A stretch of 32,000 nucleotides of DNA from Alphaproteobacteria bacterium (lineage in GTDB: Bacteria > Pseudomonadota > Alphaproteobacteria > Rs-D84 > CASDRH01), in NCBI GenBank assembly GCA_025210155.1, contig JAOASE010000006.1, positions 79,678 through 111,677 on the forward strand, given 5' to 3'. The notes under the pieces are model-generated. The model made no database searches. It was not told where the DNA came from and was given only the letters and a program-made list of their open reading frames with translations. The position numbers and the translations under genes were made by a program. Positions 1-8,273 of this stretch are shown in pieces. The first letter of the stretch is position 1. Each line of letters opens with the position of its first letter.

Positions 1-273
1 TTTTAAATCCGTAAATTTAAGAGGATCTTCTTTAACTTCTGGATGAGGTAAAGCTTTATACTTTGAATCATCAAACAGTATATCAAATCTCTCTACTGGA
101 GTTAACATCATGTGATAGCCACATTTAGGGCAACTATTTTGAAATTTTTTAAAGTCTTTATGGTGAACCATTTCCCCACATTTAGGGCATGATATCCAAA
201 GGTTTTCAGGCACATCTTTTATTTCAGTTGAAGATGTTTTAATTTTTGGCCTATCTTTTTTTATCCAACTCAT
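1..273 (-). CDS. accD: Acetyl-CoA carboxylase carboxyltransferase beta subunit, N-terminal part (gene continues beyond window start)
   Basis: Not in the ORF track because it runs off the window. Minus-strand translation from the ATG at 273-271 gives MSWIKKDRPKIKTSSTEIKDVPENLWISCPKCGEMVHHKDFKKFQNSCPKCGYHMMLTPVERFDILFDDSKYKALPHPEVKEDPLKFTDLK. The CxxC-15 residues-CxxC zinc ribbon near the N-terminus followed by 'ltp.eRfd.LfD' is the classic AccD N-terminus. Confidence 0.8.
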   Translation of the reverse strand, partial: MSWIKKDRPKIKTSSTEIKDVPENLWISCPKCGEMVHHKDFKKFQNSCPKCGYHMMLTPVERFDILFDDSKYKALPHPEVKEDPLKFTDLK

Positions 274-285
274 TTCTTTTCCTTA

Positions 286-570
286 TTAATTATCAGTATT
301 TAAGCTATCGAACAATACTTTACCTGGCTTAAATCTAACTGATTTTTTAGTCTCAACTCTGATTTTTTTACCAGTTTTAGGATTAAGTCCTTCTCTAGCT
401 TTTTTTAATGAAGGTGTGAACACACCGAAACTTCTTAATTCTACTCTTTTATCTTCTTTTATAGAATCTTTTATTATTGATAAAAAAGACTCCAATAAAT
501 ATTTAATATCCTTCTCTTTAAGATGAGGATTTTTTTCAGCTAATTCCTTTATTAAATCTGATTTTAACAT
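286..570 (-). CDS. ihfB: Integration host factor beta / HU-family DNA-bending protein
   Basis: 94 aa. N-terminus 'MLKSDLIKELAEK' resembles IHF-beta 'MTKSELIERLA'. DNA-binding arm 'ELRSFGVF...REGLNPKTGKKIRVETKKSVRFKPGKVL' is present. The length matches IHF-beta. The HU versus IHF distinction is made by eye only. Confidence 0.7.
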   Translation of the reverse strand: MLKSDLIKELAEKNPHLKEKDIKYLLESFLSIIKDSIKEDKRVELRSFGVFTPSLKKAREGLNPKTGKKIRVETKKSVRFKPGKVLFDSLNTDN

Positions 571-645
571 CTAAAACTCCTTGTTATTTCTCGTAAAATA
601 GCAATTTCTTTTTTATAATGCAACACTTTATTTGATTTAAATATA

Positions 646-672
646 AAAAGGAAGGCAAAATACCTTCCTTTT
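646..672 (-). terminator. Rho-independent terminator-like hairpin downstream of the pilR-like gene (symmetric A/T flanks, so possibly bidirectional)
   Basis: Stem GGAAGG (650-655) pairs with CCTTCC (663-668) around a 7-nt loop, extendable by A:T pairs. On the minus strand the stem is followed by a T-run (complement of the A-run at 645-649). It lies 19 nt after the pilR-like stop. Confidence 0.6.
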
Positions 673-690
673 GAGCTCCGATTCGCTTTT

Positions 691-1788
691 TTAGAATGTA
701 TTTTGGATTTGATTTGAAATATCGAATATACCAAATAGAACCCATGCAACAACAGCAAATATGAACATTAAAGCTATACCATTAAGTATGGCTGCTTGAG
801 CTTTTATAAGCTTAATACTATCTTCTAAGAATTCACTTGCTATCTTTTCCAAAGCTTCTTGGAAATTATCAAGCTCAGAATAAATCGTAAGGTCACCAAT
901 AATTTCTCTTGTTGGGAATTCGAATCCCGTTCTATTTAAAGCTTGTCCTAAATTGGCACCATTTCTCATGTAGGCCAATGTTAAATCCAATCTTTCTGTT
1001 AGATAGATTGTAGAATCTTTTCTAATCATTTGAACACCTTTTACAATAGGTACTCCGGCTTTAACTAGAGCTGAAAGCGAAAGAAGTAGTGACACACCAC
1101 TAAACATTCTATACAGAGACCAAGGTGGGACTTTATCTAAGAATTTTCTCAAAGGACCTGTAAGGTATTTTAATGACATACCAATTACAACAAATACAGC
1201 TATTACTGCAGGTGGAATATAAAACCAGTAATGAAGCATGAATTCAGACAAATCAATCAAGGATCCTGCCATACCACCAACTTCTTTTCCTTCAAAGAAT
1301 TCTGCCATAGGCGGAACCATCTTAAGACCAATCATAATAAGTAATAAAAATGTTAATAATATTAGGAATGCAGGATATGCAAGGGCAGATTTAAGAGGTT
1401 CTAAAATTCTTTTATAACCTTCTGAAACTCGTATAAGATTAACTAGGGAAACTTCTAATCTAGACATGTCTCCGGCCATTAACATCATTCGTTCTCTTTC
1501 AGGAACCCAACCTGATATTGCGTCGGCGAAACTTCTACCTTTCTGAAGTTCATAAATCCAAGCTGAGAGGGCTATTGCAGGTGCTTCTTCCACCTTTTTA
1601 CCATCATAGGATTCAATCATCCAAATTCTTTCAAGAGCATCTGACAAAGAGAAATTGTTTCGTAGTAAAGAAGCTAGTTTATGGTATATTCTTAGTCTAG
1701 CTTCACTGCTACCGTTAAATGAAAATCTTGCGAATTTTACACTTAAAGGCATAATACTATTTATATTTTTTACTCTTACGTTAGGCAT
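691..1788 (-). CDS. pilR: Type IV pilus / T2SS inner-membrane platform protein (GspF/PilC family; PilR of R64-type T4b pili by context)
   Basis: 365 aa polytopic membrane protein with two repeats of a cytoplasmic helical domain followed by hydrophobic segments. Examples are 'YPAFLILLTFLLLIMIGLKMVPP' and a C-terminal 'ILNGIALMFIFAVVAWVLFGIF'. It lies immediately downstream of the GspE-family ATPase in one operon. Confidence 0.8.
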   Translation of the reverse strand: MPNVRVKNINSIMPLSVKFARFSFNGSSEARLRIYHKLASLLRNNFSLSDALERIWMIESYDGKKVEEAPAIALSAWIYELQKGRSFADAISGWVPERERMMLMAGDMSRLEVSLVNLIRVSEGYKRILEPLKSALAYPAFLILLTFLLLIMIGLKMVPPMAEFFEGKEVGGMAGSLIDLSEFMLHYWFYIPPAVIAVFVVIGMSLKYLTGPLRKFLDKVPPWSLYRMFSGVSLLLSLSALVKAGVPIVKGVQMIRKDSTIYLTERLDLTLAYMRNGANLGQALNRTGFEFPTREIIGDLTIYSELDNFQEALEKIASEFLEDSIKLIKAQAAILNGIALMFIFAVVAWVLFGIFDISNQIQNTF

Positions 1789-1818
1789 TTATACTCTTTC
1801 CATAAATTTAAAAGATAA

Positions 1819-3417
1819 TTAACTATATCTATCGATGAATCCACACCATCTTTCAACTTCTTCAATACTAATAAGACCTCTAAACATCTTTTCAACCGCT
1901 GCTTCTTTCAGGGTTCTTCCGGATAATTCATTGATCCAGTACTTCATAGCTTCTTCATTTTTATTCACTGTCATAAGTTCTAAGAAATATGCATCTGGAA
2001 TAATGATTTCTGAACAAACTGTTCTACCTGTAACACCTTTATAGTCACATTGTTCACAACCATCTCCTTTTAATGAAGTTTGTTGTAAACCTATATCACC
2101 ATAAGCTTTTAATATTCTTTGATAGGCTTTCATTTCTGGATGATCTGCTAGCCTTTTTTTACAATTAGGACACAGTGTCTTGAATAGACGTTGAGCAGTT
2201 AATCCTCTCATAATCTCAGGATCTTTAAGCTTAAATGGCTCTACCCCCATATCCATAAGTCTCAAAATAATCGCTGAACCTGAATTGGCATGGAGTGTAG
2301 TCCAAACGTTGTGACCAGATAAGGCACCCTTAAAGGCTAATTCTGCTGCGGAAAGTGTTCTGACCTCACCAATCATTAATGAATCGGGATCGGATCTAAG
2401 AGAGGCAGCCAAGGCTTTAATGAAAGCCTCTTCTTTTTCTTCTTCGTTTTCTGCATTTGTAACGGGCATCTGTCTCGCACCTGGAATTGGATACTCAGGA
2501 GGATCTTCCACCGTAATTAGATTGATTTCATAATTATTTTCTTTTAAGTACTTAATCATATTTCTTTGAAGAGTTGTAGATTTACCCGAGCCGGTTGGAC
2601 CAGATACAACAACAATACCTGTAGGTGCAGCTCTTAATTCTTGGAACTGTTTATCTTCTAGTTCTGTGAAACCACCAGCTTTTAAATCGTCATTTTTACT
2701 ACTTGTATTGGCATAAAGTAGTCGCATAACTAAATATTGTGAACCAAAGGCTATGGGATTGAACTGTAAACGAATCGCAAGCACGTTACTTGGAAGATAT
2801 AAATCTGTATCACCTTGTATAGGTGTATCCCCTAGTTTCTGACCCGCCTGGAATTCATTTTGAGAATAGTTAGAATCTGATATATCTGCAGATGCAAATA
2901 CTGAACGGACGAATGCCTCTCCCCAGTCTCCACTATACTCTAGAACTGTTTGCATAGTACCATCAACTCTGAAAATAACTGATGTTTCTTTTCCTACTAC
3001 GACGTGGACGTCGGACACGCCTAGCTTTGCTGCTTTAGCGATGATATCAACATAGGCCTTTTGCATTTCATTTTTGAAATTACCTCTTTGTTGATTTTTA
3101 TTATCTATAGTTAGGAAACGAGATTCGTTTTGATATAAAGAAGATAGCAATCTCATACCAAGATAAATAGGATCATGTATCTCATAACCACTTCTTTCCA
3201 TTAAGGATTTGAATGCAAATACTCTACCGTCAAACTTATGTGTTTCTGAAACTACAAATGTACCATCAGAAAATAGGGCCAAAATGTCTTGATGACCTTT
3301 TGCCATTTCTAAATCGGAGAAGTCACTTGTTAATAAGCGATTTTCATCAGCAAATAGTTTCTCTGCTAGATCTTCTTCATTTAGATTTAATAGATCTTCT
3401 TCTTTTATTATAGCCAT
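1819..3417 (-). CDS. pilQ: Type IV pilus assembly ATPase, GspE/PilB family (PilQ of R64-type T4b pili by context)
   Basis: 532 aa. Walker A 'SGPTGSGKSTT', Asp box 'ITVEDPPEYPI', Walker B 'LMIGEVR' and His box 'GHNVWTTLHAN' are all present. A C-terminal tetracysteine motif 'CPNCKK...CEQCDYKG' is also present. Confidence 0.9.
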   Translation of the reverse strand: MAIIKEEDLLNLNEEDLAEKLFADENRLLTSDFSDLEMAKGHQDILALFSDGTFVVSETHKFDGRVFAFKSLMERSGYEIHDPIYLGMRLLSSLYQNESRFLTIDNKNQQRGNFKNEMQKAYVDIIAKAAKLGVSDVHVVVGKETSVIFRVDGTMQTVLEYSGDWGEAFVRSVFASADISDSNYSQNEFQAGQKLGDTPIQGDTDLYLPSNVLAIRLQFNPIAFGSQYLVMRLLYANTSSKNDDLKAGGFTELEDKQFQELRAAPTGIVVVSGPTGSGKSTTLQRNMIKYLKENNYEINLITVEDPPEYPIPGARQMPVTNAENEEEKEEAFIKALAASLRSDPDSLMIGEVRTLSAAELAFKGALSGHNVWTTLHANSGSAIILRLMDMGVEPFKLKDPEIMRGLTAQRLFKTLCPNCKKRLADHPEMKAYQRILKAYGDIGLQQTSLKGDGCEQCDYKGVTGRTVCSEIIIPDAYFLELMTVNKNEEAMKYWINELSGRTLKEAAVEKMFRGLISIEEVERWCGFIDRYS

Positions 3418-3421
3418 TCAT

Positions 3422-4261
3422 TTAACCCATATATAAAGTGTATACTTTTCCAGCTTTTTTGAAAACAACTGATTCATTAGTTATTTTGATAACTTCAAAC
3501 TTATCTACAATGTTTCCTTTTGCAATTTTAGATGTTTTTCCTGATTTAATATTTTTAATTACAGCTATTAATTCACCTTTAATACCCATTATAGAATCTA
3601 TAGCTATTAAATCAGAAATATCCTGCTCTTGCTCCATTTTAACAAAACCTTTTTGATTTAAAGCAAGTTGTTTTTCAGCTTCTTTTTTAGCTTCTTCATT
3701 TTGTCTTCTATCTAAGAAATCTGCCATAAAAGCTATTTCCTCTGGTAAAACACCATTATTTTCTTTTTTAACTAAAAGAGCCAAATCATAATGATCTCCC
3801 TCAGGATCTTCTAAAATAGCATTAATTAAACTATCAATTATCTCCTGCTTTTTAGCCTCGACCCTAGCCTCTTCTTCTTCCTTCAACCTTTGAGCATCCA
3901 TTTCTTTTTGAAGTGCCTCAGCCCTTCTTTTTTCAGTTTCTGCTTCCATTCTTTTCTTTAAAGTTTTTGCTTCTAGCTCTAATCTAGCAGCTTCTTTTTT
4001 AGCCTTTAATTCATCTAAAGAAAGTTGAAGTTTTTCTTGTTCTGATTTTAATTTAATAAGAGCATTTTTTCTTTCAATTTCTGTCATGATAGAGAAAAGA
4101 TCATCTGTTTCTTGGAATTCTCCTCCATCGAAGATGTCTTCTATTAGCATTTCTTCTGCAACAACCTCTGTATCACCATAGTCATCAAAAGTATCTTGTG
4201 AATAAGATATTTTTGCCATAGACAATACCAATAATAATGAAAACAAACTAGTCTTTACCAT
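3422..4261 (-). CDS. Exported coiled-coil protein with small C-terminal beta domain; PilP-like pilus biogenesis protein by position
   Basis: 279 aa. Sec signal 'LFSLLLVLSMAKISYS/QD'. About 75 aa of E/K/R-rich helix ('KEAARLELEAKTLKKRMEAETEKRRAEALQKEMDAQRLKEEEEARVEAKKQE'). The C-terminal 'IKGELIAVIKNIKSGKTSKIAKGNIVDKFEVIKITNESVVFKKAGKVYTLYMG' resembles PilP/GspC-HR type small beta domains. Its start overlaps the upstream gene's stop by 14 nt. Confidence 0.45.
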   Translation of the reverse strand: MVKTSLFSLLLVLSMAKISYSQDTFDDYGDTEVVAEEMLIEDIFDGGEFQETDDLFSIMTEIERKNALIKLKSEQEKLQLSLDELKAKKEAARLELEAKTLKKRMEAETEKRRAEALQKEMDAQRLKEEEEARVEAKKQEIIDSLINAILEDPEGDHYDLALLVKKENNGVLPEEIAFMADFLDRRQNEEAKKEAEKQLALNQKGFVKMEQEQDISDLIAIDSIMGIKGELIAVIKNIKSGKTSKIAKGNIVDKFEVIKITNESVVFKKAGKVYTLYMG

Positions 4262-5720
4262 AGATCTCTCCTTTATATTTCCACTTCTTTCCGTTCATAC
4301 TCCATTCAATTGAAGTAACTACCATTCCTCCAAAACTATCTAGGAACGGAGAAAACGTTGAAAATTTTTCTTTTGATGTAATTTCAAAACTTACAAACTT
4401 ATATGTTTTTTCTTGAATACTTTTACCTTCTCCAAAAGAGAATGTTTTGCTTCCTTGCTTAACAATACTTGATATTTTGTTTTCTTGGAAGAAATCTTTT
4501 AATGACTTTTCAATATATTTAACATTTTCTCTTGGCTCTGAAACTAGTTTTTTAACTTTATCAAATTTTAAAACACCACTAGCTGAACCATTCTTACTAA
4601 CTGTTAAACTCACATCTGAAGGAATATATCCCTCTTCCTGTGCTCTAAATACATACTCTTCTTTGCTAAGACCTCTTTTTCTCCAATCTATTCTAGCTCC
4701 ATCTTTACTACAGCTAATACCGGAGAAACCCCAGCCAGCAAAAGGCAAATAAACGGATTTTAGCGTTGAGAAACAAACCTTATAAATTTCTTCTGGATCA
4801 TAAGCATTTTTCCAAGGCTTTGCTTCGTCTATTTTCTTTTGTATCTTTCTTTTTTCTTCTTCTTCTCTAATCTTTTTTTGCTTTGCTAATCTTTGTCTTT
4901 GCTTAACAACTAATTCTTGAGCTGCCTGTCTTTTGTTCTCCATATATTGATTTTTAAATTTAAACATAGAAAAAACAACCACCATGGATATGAATAAAAA
5001 TATTATAAAGCTATAAGTTTTTTGATCTGATAATGACTTGATTTTTGCTAAAGAAAAATCGTCTATCATTGTTTTTAATTCAGCACCTATATCAGCATCT
5101 GAAACATTCCAAGAAGGAGGCGCAACCTTATATCCCCAATCAGGAACTGATAACATTGTTTCAAAAGCTAACCTAGCTTCTGACTCACTTTTATAAAGAA
5201 TATCCTCTTCTGGTAGAATCATGTCATTTCGAATAACAAGCATCCACCAACCTTCAGGAACTTCAAATACACAAAGAGCGCTACCTTTGTCAGAATATCT
5301 ACTTGCTACAAATGGTGCCGCAGCTGACATTCCTTCTTTATACCCATCCTGAGATGACATAAGACCATATTGAGCGACCCCAACTTCTTTAACGCAATAA
5401 AGATCATATTTGTTATCTTGTAAAACTTTTGAAACAGCTTTTATTTCTTTAAGCTTATTTTCTTCATCGTTAAATGGTTGCCAGAAGATACCAACCGCAT
5501 ATTTTTTTCTATCTACAGTTATGTAACTTTTTGTACTAGCACCAGATCTTTTTGCTTTTTTCACGGGAGCTGTTGGCTTAGCAATTGAAACGTCTTTACT
5601 TTCGCCTTTAGAAGTTTTCTTTTCATCCTTTTCTGCGTTAGACGAGCTTGAAGAGCCACCCTTGTTCTCAGATGGCTTTTGATTTATAAATTCTTTTATT
5701 TTATCTATAAAATTTATCAC
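4248..5720 (-). CDS. Bitopic pilus assembly protein, PilO (R64/PAPI-1 type) -like
   Basis: 490 aa. It has a Ser/Lys-rich N-terminus and a cytoplasmic domain starting 'KKYAVGIFWQPF'. A single TM segment 'YSFIIFLFISMVVVFSMF' is followed by the basic helix 'RQRLAKQKKIREEEEKRKIQKKIDEAK' and then a periplasmic domain. Its position between secretin and PilP-like gene matches pilO in the pilL-N-O-P-Q-R order. Confidence 0.5.
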   Translation of the reverse strand: MINFIDKIKEFINQKPSENKGGSSSSSNAEKDEKKTSKGESKDVSIAKPTAPVKKAKRSGASTKSYITVDRKKYAVGIFWQPFNDEENKLKEIKAVSKVLQDNKYDLYCVKEVGVAQYGLMSSQDGYKEGMSAAAPFVASRYSDKGSALCVFEVPEGWWMLVIRNDMILPEEDILYKSESEARLAFETMLSVPDWGYKVAPPSWNVSDADIGAELKTMIDDFSLAKIKSLSDQKTYSFIIFLFISMVVVFSMFKFKNQYMENKRQAAQELVVKQRQRLAKQKKIREEEEKRKIQKKIDEAKPWKNAYDPEEIYKVCFSTLKSVYLPFAGWGFSGISCSKDGARIDWRKRGLSKEEYVFRAQEEGYIPSDVSLTVSKNGSASGVLKFDKVKKLVSEPRENVKYIEKSLKDFFQENKISSIVKQGSKTFSFGEGKSIQEKTYKFVSFEITSKEKFSTFSPFLDSFGGMVVTSIEWSMNGKKWKYKGEIYGKD

Positions 5721-5743
5721 TCTCTCTCCAATTTTAAATTTTA

Positions 5744-7378
5744 TTATCTTAAGAAACTACCCTCTAGAGCTCTGTTATTAGGATGCAATGGTGAATTTAT
5801 CACTTGTGGAGTAATTAATACAACCAACACATCTCTTTCCACGTTGCTAACCCTTGAACCTCCGGCAGCTATGAAATTAGGATCTCCAAGACCTGTGTTT
5901 GTGTTCTCATTCTTAACTTTTTCAAAGCCCGTAAGAACTACTGTTTGACCAGATCTAAGGACTAATTCTTGAAGGAAACTTCTTTCTTCAATTGTTGGAA
6001 GTTGGATATTTGTGATAGATTGATCATCTTCACAGTCAACCTCTGTAGTACCGTCAGCTGCATAGCAGGTATCGTCGTTTTCTTCACTACCAGTTGATGA
6101 AACAGTATCAAGAGATATTAACTCTGTATAAGAAAGGTTAAACATCATTAACAATCTACCATTATCCAAAATATTTGGAAGCAATTGAATTGAGAAACCC
6201 TCTTCTATTTCATCAGTTTGAACTTCTGTTTCAGAACCACTTTCAGTACTTACAACTTTAATTTCACTAACATACTTATATTTTTTTAAGTTATTAAATG
6301 GAACTACTTTATTATTAATAGTTGTTAAAACAGCACTTGTTAATAGAGATGTTCTTCCCTGCTTTGATATTGCAGCTACTACAGCATCTATATTAGGACT
6401 ATTAACTTTATGACCGTCTCCTGCTTTATCTGTATTTCCTATCATATATTGTATACCAGAACCATTTGAAACTGCACCAGTACCACTAATACCTTTGAAA
6501 TTAAGATCCTTATGAAGCAATTGGAAATTAATCCCCATAGAGTCTCCATCATTTAAAGACACTTGCATAATTTTAACAGCGACAACAACTTGTCTAGAAA
6601 ATCTTTCATTTTGAATTCTAATGAACTGACCTATTTTTTTGATAACATCTGGAGATGAAGTAACAGATATTGTACCTGTTGATTTCGAAATTGTTATAGA
6701 ACTCTTATCATCTTCTTCTGTTTTAATAATATCGTTAAGACCTTGCTCAACCTCAGTCCAAGCATCAAAAGTTGAAGAAGAAGAAACTGAGCCTCCCCCA
6801 CTAGATGCAGATACTGACGTGCTGAAATCTGATGATGTTGATAAAGCATATAACGCAAATATTTTTGTCTTTCTTTTATAAAGTACTATTTCGTTACCTG
6901 TATATTCCCAATAGACACCTATTTCGTTTGAAATAAGATTTAATAGACCACTTAAAGAACCTGTATAAGAAAGTTGAAAATTTTCACCTTTTAAACTCTC
7001 GTCAACAGAGTCCAACCTAACTTTTAAACCTGTAAGATAATATAACTTATTAGCAAATGAAAATATATCTAATTCCTCTTTAGAAGAGAATGTTATTCCA
7101 TAATCCCCCTCTAACTCTTTAGGAAGAGGTTTTCCAGAAGACAAGATAACACTTTCATCACCTAAGAAAAGCTCATCAGTTTCAGAAACTGTATCAACCT
7201 CTATTGCCTCACTAGGAAGCTTAGACTCTTCAATCCTTTCTTTTATCTCTTCAAAAGAATGATCCACGTTTTCCATGATATGCTCTTTAACTTTTTCACC
7301 ATAACAACCTGTCAAAGAAACAGAAGCCAATAAAAGTATTGCTAATAACTTTACCCTACTAATTTTAACCATTATCAT
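5744..7378 (-). CDS. pilN: Lipoprotein secretin of type IVb pilus class (PilN/BfpB-like)
   Basis: 544 aa. Lipoprotein signal 'LLLASVSLTGC' (lipobox LTGC). Secretin-type C-terminus 'GQTVVLTGFEKVKNENTNTGLGDPNFIAAGGSRVSNVERDVLVVLITPQVI'. Upstream beta-rich N-domains are present. Its start overlaps the pilL-like stop by 14 nt. Confidence 0.8.
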   Translation of the reverse strand: MIMVKISRVKLLAILLLASVSLTGCYGEKVKEHIMENVDHSFEEIKERIEESKLPSEAIEVDTVSETDELFLGDESVILSSGKPLPKELEGDYGITFSSKEELDIFSFANKLYYLTGLKVRLDSVDESLKGENFQLSYTGSLSGLLNLISNEIGVYWEYTGNEIVLYKRKTKIFALYALSTSSDFSTSVSASSGGGSVSSSSTFDAWTEVEQGLNDIIKTEEDDKSSITISKSTGTISVTSSPDVIKKIGQFIRIQNERFSRQVVVAVKIMQVSLNDGDSMGINFQLLHKDLNFKGISGTGAVSNGSGIQYMIGNTDKAGDGHKVNSPNIDAVVAAISKQGRTSLLTSAVLTTINNKVVPFNNLKKYKYVSEIKVVSTESGSETEVQTDEIEEGFSIQLLPNILDNGRLLMMFNLSYTELISLDTVSSTGSEENDDTCYAADGTTEVDCEDDQSITNIQLPTIEERSFLQELVLRSGQTVVLTGFEKVKNENTNTGLGDPNFIAAGGSRVSNVERDVLVVLITPQVINSPLHPNNRALEGSFLR

Positions 7379-8102
7379 CTCCCAATGTTTTTATAACTAA
7401 AACCTTATTCCCCAAATAGAATTTTGCATATGGAGGTGGAAAAGCTTTTGAAAAGCTTTTTATTAAAGCAGATGTAACATCCTTATACCTACCTCTAAAT
7501 ATAGCTGACGCCCTTAAAGGATATTCTCTATCCGTTTGCCACAAAATCTCCCAACCAGTTTCCTCTGACCACTCTTCAAGAACCTCCCTTAAAGTAAGAC
7601 CTTCTTTTGCAACCCAATTTTGAATTTGAGTTTCATAATTAACCATTTCTTGAGTTTCATCACCTTCAGCCTCTACAACCTCAACCTCAGGATTTATATA
7701 ACCTTTTATATGATCGAATTTATTGCCTTGATCCCCACCAAAAGGAGATGAAACAGATAAAACTCTCATACCATCATCTTCAGCCATTTCATTATTTCCT
7801 AATGGCATAGCAGCTCCCTTAGAAGTTGCTTTATCAGAGAATACCGACGCTGGAAGCTCTGAAACTAAATCTGCCCCACCTGAAAAAGAGCCCAAATCTA
7901 TACCAGCTGGGATTACCGATTTTTCTGCTGTACCGAAATTTTCATTAAAAGAACTCATTTGAACGTCTGCAGTATTAATTTCTGCCCAACTGGGAGCATT
8001 AACTACACTACCAGATTCTGCAAACGAATAATCCGCCCTTGACGGCGTGGCCATTAAAACTACTAATAAGCTTAAGGCTTTTTTAATATTTGATAAACTC
8101 AT
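7365..8102 (-). CDS. pilL: Exported TcpQ/PilL-domain pilus biogenesis protein
   Basis: 245 aa. Sec signal 'LSLLVVLMATPSRA/DY' with no lipobox Cys. The C-terminal 'WVAKEGLTLREVLEEWSEETGWEILWQTDREYPLRASAIFRGRYKDVTSALIKSF...NKVLVIKT' fits the TcpQ/PilL domain pattern. It is the first gene of the operon, directly upstream of the secretin. Confidence 0.65.
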   Translation of the reverse strand: MSLSNIKKALSLLVVLMATPSRADYSFAESGSVVNAPSWAEINTADVQMSSFNENFGTAEKSVIPAGIDLGSFSGGADLVSELPASVFSDKATSKGAAMPLGNNEMAEDDGMRVLSVSSPFGGDQGNKFDHIKGYINPEVEVVEAEGDETQEMVNYETQIQNWVAKEGLTLREVLEEWSEETGWEILWQTDREYPLRASAIFRGRYKDVTSALIKSFSKAFPPPYAKFYLGNKVLVIKTLGDDNG

Positions 8103-8125
8103 GGTTTCCCCTCTCTTTAGCTTTT

Positions 8126-8154
8126 AGTATAACTAATTTTCAAAAACTTTTCAA
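8126..8154 (-). promoter_or_regulatory. Sigma70-like promoter candidate for the pil operon
   Basis: The minus strand reads TTGAAA (8154-8149), a 17-nt spacer, then TATACT (8131-8126). An RBS 'GAGAGGGGA' precedes the pilL-like ATG at 8102. The AT-rich background makes chance matches common. Confidence 0.4.
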
Positions 8155-8219
8155 GAAACTTTTTTATTATTGTATCAAAAAAATGGAAACATTGCAAACG
8201 AAATAAAAATACATTTTTC

Positions 8220-8248
8220 TTGTTTTCTTTTTTTGTTTTACTTATAAT
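8220..8248 (+). promoter_or_regulatory. Sigma70-like promoter candidate for folD
   Basis: TTGTTT (8220-8225), a 17-nt spacer, then TATAAT (8243-8248). RBS AAGGA lies at 8262-8266 and the ATG at 8274. A perfect 10-bp palindrome TGCAATTGCA (8248-8257) overlaps the end of the -10. Confidence 0.35.
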
Positions 8249-8273
8249 GCAATTGCAAGAAAAGGATTGATAA

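Noticed and set aside
564-758. 64-aa minus-strand ORF spanning the ihfB/pilR-like intergenic region
   Set aside because: It overlaps the ends of two well-supported genes and runs through the terminator hairpin. It has no RBS and a low-complexity sequence, so it is likely spurious.
914-930. tRNA T-arm-like string GGGAATTCGAATCCCGT
   Set aside because: It lies inside the pilR-like coding frame. No acceptor, D or anticodon arms can be built around it.
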